Source of the DNA: Planctomycetota bacterium
Lineage (GTDB): Bacteria > Planctomycetota > UBA1135 > UBA2386
Assembly: GCA_965228735.1 (NCBI GenBank)
Contig: OZ245838.1
Coordinates: 672,001 to 736,000, forward strand
Reading direction: 5' to 3'
DNA length: 64,000 bases
Made by a program: the position numbers and the translations under genes. Position 1 is the first letter of the stretch, and the number at the start of each line of letters is the position of its first letter. Positions 18,799 through 26,325 of the stretch are shown piece after piece. Under the pieces are notes generated by a model. That model worked only from the letters and a program-made list of their open reading frames with translations. It ran no database searches and was not told where the DNA came from.

Positions 18799-20432
18799 CG
18801 TTCGCCCACCCCGAACGGCTGTGGCTGCTGCTCGCGTTGCCGCTGCTGCTCTGGCTGTTGATCCCGCCGCGGCCGCGCCGCGTGGTCTACACCGCGCATC
18901 TGCCGCAGTGGCATGCTGCACTCGCAGGTCTGAAGCGCAAGCGGCCGCGCGCGGTGTCGTGGCGCACGCTGCTGACGTTGCTCGCGGCGACCGCGGCGCT
19001 GCTCGCGATCCTCGGGCTGGCGGTGCGCGGCCGGGCCGGGCCCTCGCGGCTCGTGGTGCTGTTCGACGGCAGCGCGAGCATGGCGGCGCACGGCGCGTTC
19101 GAGGCCGCGGCCGCGCGCTGCAAGAACGTGATGGCCGCGCTGCCCGAGACCGTCGACGTGCGCGTACTGCGGTGCGGTGGTCCGGTGTTGCGCCGGCACG
19201 GTGAGTCGGCGCGCCAGCTGCACGACATCGGCGCGCCCGCCGGCACGCAGACGGTCGATCTCGCGACGCTCGCGGCCGGCCTCGCCGCGCCCGACACCGT
19301 GGTCTGGACGTTGAGTGACGGGCATGGCGACGCGCCGCTCCCGACCGCAGGCGCGCTCACCCTGGTCGGCGCCCGCGGCGTGAACGTCGCCGTGCTCGAC
19401 GTTCGGATCGAGGACCACTGGCCGCTGCCGGAACTCGTGATCGAAGCGGATGTCGTGGGGTTCGGCCCGGAGTCGTTGCCCGTCATCGTGACCCTGGACG
19501 GCGCGGTCGAGGGCGTGCTCCCGGCGCAGGACCTCGAACTGCGGTCCGGCGAGCCGGTCACCGTGTCGTGGTCCGCGCGCCGCTCGGCCGCGGGCGGCGA
19601 GGTGAGCGTCACGATCGAAACGGGCGCCGAGCCCGACCCGCTGCCGGACGACGACCGCTGGTCGGCGCTCTTGCCGCCGTTGCCCGCGCCGCGCATCGCG
19701 GTGCTCGCGGACGCCGAGGCCGGACCGTTCGCGCGCGTCGCGGCGACCGCGCTCGCGGCCGAGGTGGAAGGTTCGGTCGTGCCGGCGTCGGCTGGCGCGA
19801 CGGTGTCGATGCTGCTCGTCGATGGGGGCGAGCTCGGGCTCGTGCCGGGCACCGCGCGTGCCTTGTGTTTCGGCACGCGCCTCACCGGGCTGCCGGCGAC
19901 GGGCGGTGAGGCCCGGCCGGTCGCGGTCGCGGCGATCGACTGGGACCGTTCGACGCCGCTGTTGACGGGGCTCGACCTGTCCGAGCTGCGGCTCGAACGG
20001 GCGCTGCCCGAACTGCTGCCGGCGGGCCCGGGCGTCACGCCGTTCCTCTGGACCGCGACCGGGCCGCTCTCGAACGGGGCCGCGGGGGCCGCCGAGCGCA
20101 CGCCGCTCGCGGTCACGGTCGACGGGGTCGGGCCGGACGGCGAGCCGAGCGCGTCGCTGCACTTCGCGTTCCGGCTCGCGGACAGCAACCTGGCGCTGCT
20201 GCCGGCATTTCCGCAGCTCCTGCGGCGGGCGTTCGTCCTGAGCCACCGGGAACGGGCCGAGCCGCGCCGGCTGACCGCCCCGCCGGCCGTGGGGGAGCAG
20301 GACCTCTGGCGCCGCCAGACCGCCCCGGATCGCCCGTTGCCGGCGTTTGCGACCCCGGACCGCGGCCTCGGCTCGTGGCTGCTGCTGGCCGGGGCCGTGG
20401 CGCTGCTGCTGCGTGCGTTCGTGCGGCGATAA
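18786..20432 (+). CDS. BatA-domain / vWA-containing membrane protein
   Basis: LTFAHPERLWLLLALPLLL N-terminus, MIDAS-like DGSAS, SNLALLPAFPQLL, C-terminal TM. Confidence 0.8.
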   Translation: MPDLTFAHPERLWLLLALPLLLWLLIPPRPRRVVYTAHLPQWHAALAGLKRKRPRAVSWRTLLTLLAATAALLAILGLAVRGRAGPSRLVVLFDGSASMAAHGAFEAAAARCKNVMAALPETVDVRVLRCGGPVLRRHGESARQLHDIGAPAGTQTVDLATLAAGLAAPDTVVWTLSDGHGDAPLPTAGALTLVGARGVNVAVLDVRIEDHWPLPELVIEADVVGFGPESLPVIVTLDGAVEGVLPAQDLELRSGEPVTVSWSARRSAAGGEVSVTIETGAEPDPLPDDDRWSALLPPLPAPRIAVLADAEAGPFARVAATALAAEVEGSVVPASAGATVSMLLVDGGELGLVPGTARALCFGTRLTGLPATGGEARPVAVAAIDWDRSTPLLTGLDLSELRLERALPELLPAGPGVTPFLWTATGPLSNGAAGAAERTPLAVTVDGVGPDGEPSASLHFAFRLADSNLALLPAFPQLLRRAFVLSHRERAEPRRLTAPPAVGEQDLWRRQTAPDRPLPAFATPDRGLGSWLLLAGAVALLLRAFVRR

Positions 20433-20447
20433 CTTCCGGCGCGACGC

Positions 20448-20475
20448 TTGCTTCGGCCCGGCGGTTCCCTACCCT
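20448..20475 (+). promoter_or_regulatory. Putative sigma70 promoter for rplC
   Basis: TTGCTT-16 bp-TACCCT about 125 nt upstream of rplC. Confidence 0.4.
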
Positions 20476-20599
20476 CTTCCGCCCCAATCGGCGCGAACGT
20501 ACGGCCGTGGCTCGCCTGTCGGAATCTGGTCCGGCGGGCCCCGCGCGTCCGGACCTCTTCGCACAGCGCCGTCGCCAAAGCGGCGGCCGGAGACGTCAG

Positions 20600-21355
20600 A
20601 TGACAGGCAAGAGAACGATCGGCATTCTGGGCAAGAAGCTCGGGATGACCCAGATCTTCGAGGAGGACGGCACATGCGTGCCCGTCACCGTCGTGGAAGC
20701 CGGCCCGTGCAAGGTCCTGCAGGTCAAGATGCAGCAGGCCGAGGAGCACCCGGAGGGTCACACCACGTCGGCCAAGAACGCCGGCAAGAAGGGCGGCAAG
20801 ACCGAGCGCACCCGCGGTGCCGACGGCTACTACGCCGTGCAGCTCGGCTACGATCCGAAGCCCGCGCGCCTCAGCAACAAGGCCGAGCTCGGTCACAGCA
20901 AGAAGGCCGGCCTCGACACCGGCATGCGGATGATCACCGAGTTCCGTCTCGATGAGAAGCCCGAGCAGAAGCCCGGCGATGACGTCACGGCCGCGCTCGT
21001 CAAGGACTGGAAGTTCTGCGACGTCACCGGCACGACCAAGGGTCGCGGCTGGGCCGGCACGATCAAGCGCCACAACTTCCAGCGTCAGCGCGCCTCGCAC
21101 GGTAACTCGATCAACCACCGCCGCCCTGGTGGTCTCGGCCGTCAGTACAGCACGAGCCACGGTGTGCCCAAGGGCAAGAAGATGGCCGGCCACTACGGCG
21201 TCGAGCGCGTCACGGTGCAGCGCCTCAAGATCGTCAAGGTCGACGAGGAGCGCAACCTCGTCTACCTCCGCGGCGCGGTGCCGGGCTACAACGGCCAGTA
21301 CGTGACGCTGCACGACACGGTGAAGAACGAACGCTTCCCGGACGCCAAGAAGTAA
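20600..21355 (+). CDS. rplC: 50S ribosomal protein uL3
   Basis: GILGKKLGMTQIF, PVTVVEAGPC, DGYYAVQLG, DVTGTTKGRG, KGKKMAGHYG, GAVPG; SD GGAG. Confidence 0.96.
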   Translation: MTGKRTIGILGKKLGMTQIFEEDGTCVPVTVVEAGPCKVLQVKMQQAEEHPEGHTTSAKNAGKKGGKTERTRGADGYYAVQLGYDPKPARLSNKAELGHSKKAGLDTGMRMITEFRLDEKPEQKPGDDVTAALVKDWKFCDVTGTTKGRGWAGTIKRHNFQRQRASHGNSINHRRPGGLGRQYSTSHGVPKGKKMAGHYGVERVTVQRLKIVKVDEERNLVYLRGAVPGYNGQYVTLHDTVKNERFPDAKK

Positions 21356-21385
21356 CCCCGTAGCCGCACAGCAAGGAGAACAGAC

Positions 21386-21592
21386 ATGGCACGTTCACGA
21401 CGCAAGGCCCGCGGTTGCAAGCGCGGCGCATTCAAGCAGAAGCGCATGGGCAAGGGCTGGTCGACGGTCCGCGAGCTGCCCATCGGCACCCGCCCGGTGC
21501 TGAAGATCACGCCGACCGAGGACGACTCGGCCGAGGAGAAGAAAGAGAAGGCCGAAGCCCGGAAGGAAGCGGCCGAAGCTCTGGAGGAGTGA
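21386..21592 (+). CDS. Small protein (68 aa) with basic N-terminus and charged C-terminus
   Basis: Strong SD AAGGAG 7 nt before ATG; high-GC codon bias; stop overlaps next GTG (GTGA). Confidence 0.75.
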   Translation: MARSRRKARGCKRGAFKQKRMGKGWSTVRELPIGTRPVLKITPTEDDSAEEKKEKAEARKEAAEALEE

Positions 21593-22881
21593 GTCCCACG
21601 GGGAGTAGGGCCGCGACCCGGTCCGAGCTCCAGCACCGCAGCGCCGGCGCGGACGGGACGACGTATGACGTCGTCGTCGTCGGTGCCGGCGCTGCTGGTT
21701 TGATGGCGAGCAAGAGCGCCGCCGAACGCGGCCGGCGCACGCTGCTGCTCGAGAAGAACGCGCGGCCCGGGCTCAAGATCCTGATCAGCGGCGGCGGGCG
21801 CTGCAACCTCACGACGACGAAGGCCGGGCGCGACCTGGAGCAGCAGTACGGCACGCGCCGCGGCCGGTTCCTCCGGCACGCGCTGCGGCAGTTCCAGCCG
21901 CCGGCGCTGTGCGCGATGTTCGAAGCCGCCGGCGTGAAGCTGCGCGAGGAGGACCTCGACAAGATCTTCCCCGTGTCGCAGCGCGCCAGCGCGGTCCTCG
22001 ACGCGCTGGTCGCGATGACGCGCGCGGCCGGCGCGGAGCTGCGGCTGTCGACGCCGGTGCGTGACGTTGCGGTGCGGCCCGAGGGCGGGTTCGAGATCGC
22101 GATCGAAGGTGCCGTGATCCGCGCGAGCGCAGTCGTGCTCGCGACGGGCGGGTTGAGCTACCCGAAGACCGGCGCGACCGGCGACGGCTACCCGTGGCTG
22201 CGCGCGGTCGGACACACGGTGACGGCCACGTTCCCGGCGCTCGCGCCGCTCGTCGTCCCGGTCGAGTGGGTGCGCGCGCTGCAGGGCATCGTGCTCGACG
22301 GCGTCGACCTCAGTTCGATCGTGGACGGGCGCGCGGTCACGACGCGGCGGCGGCCCGTCCTGTTCACGCACCACGGCCTGTCCGGGCCGGCCCCGATGGA
22401 CCTCGCGGGCGACATCGAGGAGGCCGGCGGGGGAGCCGTGCGCTTCGACCTCATGCCGGGCTCCGGTTCGACGGACGAGCTCGAACGCGACTGGCTCGCA
22501 CAGTGTCGCGCGCACGGCGGCCGGCGGGTCGAATCGCTGCTCGGGACGGCGCTGCCCGAACGCGTTCGCGGCAGCCTCGTCGCCCTCGCCGGGATCGCCC
22601 CGGACTGCACGCTCGCCAACCTCGGCAAGACCGAGCGCCGCCGGCTGCTCGGCTCGCTCCGCGACCTGCGGGTCGAGGTGCCGAAGAGCCGCGGCTACGC
22701 CCACGCCGAGGTGACGCGCGGCGGCCTCGCGCTCGACGAGGTCGATCCGCGGACCTGCGAGAGCCGGCGCGTGCCCGGGATGTTCGTCTGCGGGGAGCTG
22801 CTCGACGTCGACGGCCCGATCGGCGGGTTCAACTTCCAGGCGGCGTTCGCGACGGGGCGGCTGGCGGGACTGCACGCCTGA
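21589..22881 (+). CDS. HI0933/BaiN/YhiN(RdsA)-family FAD-dependent oxidoreductase
   Basis: GAGAAG, KILISGGGRCNLT, ATGGLSYPKTGATGDGY, LFTHHGLSGP, GELLDVDGPIGGFNFQAAFATG. Confidence 0.92.
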   Translation: MSPTGSRAATRSELQHRSAGADGTTYDVVVVGAGAAGLMASKSAAERGRRTLLLEKNARPGLKILISGGGRCNLTTTKAGRDLEQQYGTRRGRFLRHALRQFQPPALCAMFEAAGVKLREEDLDKIFPVSQRASAVLDALVAMTRAAGAELRLSTPVRDVAVRPEGGFEIAIEGAVIRASAVVLATGGLSYPKTGATGDGYPWLRAVGHTVTATFPALAPLVVPVEWVRALQGIVLDGVDLSSIVDGRAVTTRRRPVLFTHHGLSGPAPMDLAGDIEEAGGGAVRFDLMPGSGSTDELERDWLAQCRAHGGRRVESLLGTALPERVRGSLVALAGIAPDCTLANLGKTERRRLLGSLRDLRVEVPKSRGYAHAEVTRGGLALDEVDPRTCESRRVPGMFVCGELLDVDGPIGGFNFQAAFATGRLAGLHA

Positions 22882-22896
22882 CGTCATCATCGGGGC

Positions 22897-24087
22897 ATGA
22901 CGAGCCCCGCTGCCTCTGCACTCGGTTGGCTGTCGCGCGCGGCGGCCATCGTCCTGTCCACGTTCGGGATCCTGCCGGGTCAGCAGACCAGCGAGGCGGC
23001 GGCCGGCGCGCCCGAGCGGCGGGTGCAGGTCGTCGACCTCGGGGGCACGCCCTACGAGCGCGGCCTGCAGCACGGCCGCGCGTTGAAGCGCCAGATCGCC
23101 GAACTGCTGCCGCTCTGGGAGCGCGACGTCGCGCAGCAGAGCGGCGCGACCGCGACGGAGTTCCTCGAGTGGTTCCTCGCGGAGACGAGCTACGACGAGG
23201 CGATCCGGAAGCACTGTCCCGAATTGCTCGACGAGGTGCGCGGGCTCGCGGTCGGCGCGGGCCAGGACTTCGACACGATGTTCGCCTATCAGCTCATCGA
23301 CGAGTTCTGGGTGCAGGCGCGGCTGTGGCGGCGCCACAAGTGCACGACGGTCGGCGTCGCGAAGACGGGGGAGCAGCCGACGATCGTCGCGCAGAATCTC
23401 GACGTGCCGAAGTGGATGCACACCTACCCGACGGTGCTGCGGATCCGTCACAGCGATTCGGACCTCAGCAGTCTCGTCGTCACGGTCCCGGGACTCATCG
23501 GCGCGATGGGGCTCAACAGCGGGCAGGTCGGCGTCGGCGTGAACACGATCCTGCAGCTGTCGCCGTGTCGCGACGGCTTGCCGGTCGCGTTCGTCGTGCG
23601 CGGGGTGCTGCAGCAGAAGAACGTCGCGGCGGCGCGCGCGTTCGCGAAGCGGGTCCGGCACGCGAGCGGTCAGGCCTACACGATCGGCGGGCCCGAGGAC
23701 GTGACGTGCTACGAGAGCTCGGCCAATGCCGTCGTGCCGTTCGTGCCGCCGACCGGGCCCGACCGCGTCTGGCACACCAACCACCCCGAGGCCAGCACGG
23801 ACTATGCGCCGGCGTTCGTCGCGTGGATCGAGGACGAGTACGGCATCGAGGCCGAGGCGGTCGACTACGGCTGCACGCGGCTGCCCGCGATGGCGAACGG
23901 GCTGCGGCCCGAGGTCGCGGCGGACGGTGAGACGATCGTCGGACTGCTCAAAGACCGCACGCACGGCGTCTGCAACCACGCGACCTACACGTGCGTCGTG
24001 CTGCGGCTCGGGGACGACCCGTCGCTGCGGTTGTCGGCCGGCGCGGCGGACGTCGCGAAGTTCACGACGGTGCGGCTGCCGAAGTGA
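22897..24087 (+). CDS. C45-family Ntn-hydrolase (isopenicillin-N acyltransferase-like)
   Basis: GTPYERGLQHG, cleavage site with nucleophilic Cys (HK/CTT), AQNLD, GLNS, HTNH; signal-like N-terminus. Confidence 0.8.
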   Translation: MTSPAASALGWLSRAAAIVLSTFGILPGQQTSEAAAGAPERRVQVVDLGGTPYERGLQHGRALKRQIAELLPLWERDVAQQSGATATEFLEWFLAETSYDEAIRKHCPELLDEVRGLAVGAGQDFDTMFAYQLIDEFWVQARLWRRHKCTTVGVAKTGEQPTIVAQNLDVPKWMHTYPTVLRIRHSDSDLSSLVVTVPGLIGAMGLNSGQVGVGVNTILQLSPCRDGLPVAFVVRGVLQQKNVAAARAFAKRVRHASGQAYTIGGPEDVTCYESSANAVVPFVPPTGPDRVWHTNHPEASTDYAPAFVAWIEDEYGIEAEAVDYGCTRLPAMANGLRPEVAADGETIVGLLKDRTHGVCNHATYTCVVLRLGDDPSLRLSAGAADVAKFTTVRLPK

Positions 24088-24094
24088 ATGCTCG

Positions 24095-25387
24095 TCACGT
24101 TGCGGCGGTGAGCCGGTCGCGCAGCGCGGCGTAGTCGGGGGGCAGTTCCTCGGCGGCGGCTGGCAGGGCGAGCAGGCGCTCGAGATTCGACGGCGGTTGC
24201 ACCGTGGCGCCGACGATCGGTTCGACGACGCTCTCGAACTTGGCCGGGTGCGCCGTGGCGACGATGCACCAGCGGCGGCTGTCGTTGCCGAGCACGGTGT
24301 CCCGGATCTCCGCGGCGGTCGCGGTGTGCGGGCAGAGCGCGATGCCGTGCTGCTGCCAGAACGCGGCGATGCGGGTGCGGATCGTCGCGTCCGGCACCGC
24401 GTGCGCGGTCACCTGGCGGCGGCGTTCTCGGTCATCGGGCCAGAGCCAGCGCAGCCGTTCGAAGTTGCTCGGATCCCCGACGTCCATCGCGTTCGCGAGC
24501 GTCGCGACGCTCTCGCGCGGTTCGTACGGCGCGCCGGCGAGGTGCTCGGGCAGCACGCGGTTGCAGTTGGTCGCGAGGACGACGTCGCCGATCGGCAGCC
24601 CGATCGCGCGCGCCCACAGGCACGCGAGCGCGTTTCCGAGGTTGCCGGTCGGAACGACGTAGTCGAGGCTCGAGCCGGTCGCGCGAAAGTGATGCAGCGC
24701 GCTGTGCGCGTAGTAGGCCATCTGCGGCAGCAGACGTCCGAGGCTGATGCTGTTCGCCGACGTGATCGCCCTCTTCCGCCGCAGACCGGCATCCGCGAAC
24801 GCCTGCTTCACGAGGCGCTGGCAGTCGTCGAACGCGCCGGCGACGCGGAACGTCCGCACGTTGCCGCCGTAGCAGCTCAGCAGGTGCGCCTGACGCGGCG
24901 ACACGCGGCCGTCCGGGTAGAGAATGACGACGTCGAACCCCGGCTGCTCGAAGAACGCGTCCGCCACCGCGCCGCCGGTGTCGCCCGACGTCGCGACGAG
25001 GATCGTGCGATCGACGCCGTCCCGCGCACGCATGCGACGGAAGCAGGCCGCGAGGAAGCGGGCGCCGACGTCCTTGAACGCGGCCGTCGGGCCGTGGAAC
25101 AGCTCGAGGATCGCAGTGTTCTCCGTGACCTGGACGAGCGGCGTCGGGAATGACAGCGCCTCGTCGCACATCGCGGCCAGTTCGGACTCGAGCGTCGAGC
25201 CGGCGAAGAACGGCGCGAGCAGCGTCGCCGCGACCTCGGGCAAGGTGTCGCGGCCGTCGAACGCGGCCGGGTCGAGCCGCGGCAGCTCGGTCGGGACGAA
25301 CAGTCCGCCGTCGCCCGCGAGGCCGGCGGCGATCGCGGCGTCGATCGGGGTCGCGGCGACGTTGCCGCGGGTGCTGACGACGTTCAT
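24095..25387 (-). CDS. thrC: Threonine synthase
   Basis: GLAGDGGLFVP, LELFHGPTAAFKD (PLP Lys), ATSGDTG, SANSIS, TAHPAKF. Confidence 0.96.
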   Translation of the reverse strand: MNVVSTRGNVAATPIDAAIAAGLAGDGGLFVPTELPRLDPAAFDGRDTLPEVAATLLAPFFAGSTLESELAAMCDEALSFPTPLVQVTENTAILELFHGPTAAFKDVGARFLAACFRRMRARDGVDRTILVATSGDTGGAVADAFFEQPGFDVVILYPDGRVSPRQAHLLSCYGGNVRTFRVAGAFDDCQRLVKQAFADAGLRRKRAITSANSISLGRLLPQMAYYAHSALHHFRATGSSLDYVVPTGNLGNALACLWARAIGLPIGDVVLATNCNRVLPEHLAGAPYEPRESVATLANAMDVGDPSNFERLRWLWPDDRERRRQVTAHAVPDATIRTRIAAFWQQHGIALCPHTATAAEIRDTVLGNDSRRWCIVATAHPAKFESVVEPIVGATVQPPSNLERLLALPAAAEELPPDYAALRDRLTAAT

Positions 25388-26325
25388 CGCCGATCCTCCA
25401 CGTGGGCGCCCGGGCCGGCGACGGGGGCGCACCAACCCTGACACGCGGTCCCGGTGCTCTCGTACGCAGCCTGCATCGCGGTGTTGCCGGCCCGCGCCGC
25501 GGCCTCGCCGTCGAACCACGCGAACACGCTCGGGCCGCCGCCGGAGATGCTCGCGCCGAGCGCCGAGCAGTCGCGGGCCGCGGCCTGCACGTCGGCGAGG
25601 CCCGGTACGAGCGGTGCACGCCGCGGTTCGACGAGGACGTCGCGCAGGCCCTCTCGGATGAGTTCGAGGTCGCTCTCGAACAGGCCGGTGAGCACGAGCG
25701 CGAGCGCTCGCTGTTGCTCGGTGATGACCGCGAGCGGGAACGGTTCTGCGAGGGCGGCGCGGGCCTGCCGGGTCTCAACCTCGCGGTCGGGGTGCACCAC
25801 CGCAGCCCAGAGGCGGCTCGGCGCCGGTAGCGGCCGAACGCGATCGGGCAGCGCGAGCACGAGGCCGCCGAGCAGCGCCGGTCCGACGTTGTCACCGTGC
25901 GGCGCGCCGCTGGCCGCGGCTTCGCCCGCGAGCGCGAACGGATAGAGCGCGTCGATGGCGAGCGGGGAGTCGAGCAGCTCGTTCACAGCCAAGAGCGCGG
26001 CGACGGCGGAGGCGGCGGAACCGCCGAGGCCCGAACTCAAGGGGATGCCTTTGTCGATCCGCAGCTCCACGCCGAACGCCGCGTTCTGGCTCGCGAGCAG
26101 CCGCTGCACGGCGCGGCCCGCGGTGTTGCGGTCCGGATCCGTCGGCAGGTTCGTCGCGACGCCGGTGATGTCCGGGATCGTGACGCTGCCGGCGGCACCG
26201 TCCGTTCGCCTGGCGTGCACGCGATCGCCGAGCGGCGCGAACGCGTGCCCGAGCAGGTCGAACCCGACGGCGACGTTGGCGACCGACGCGGGCGCGAACG
26301 CCGTGACCTCACGCCAGCGCGTCAC
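25384..26325 (-). CDS. thrB: Homoserine kinase
   Basis: APASVANVAVGFD, GHMP motif IPLSSGLGGSAAS, HGDNV, ISGGGPS. Confidence 0.95.
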   Translation of the reverse strand: MTRWREVTAFAPASVANVAVGFDLLGHAFAPLGDRVHARRTDGAAGSVTIPDITGVATNLPTDPDRNTAGRAVQRLLASQNAAFGVELRIDKGIPLSSGLGGSAASAVAALLAVNELLDSPLAIDALYPFALAGEAAASGAPHGDNVGPALLGGLVLALPDRVRPLPAPSRLWAAVVHPDREVETRQARAALAEPFPLAVITEQQRALALVLTGLFESDLELIREGLRDVLVEPRRAPLVPGLADVQAAARDCSALGASISGGGPSVFAWFDGEAAARAGNTAMQAAYESTGTACQGWCAPVAGPGAHVEDRR

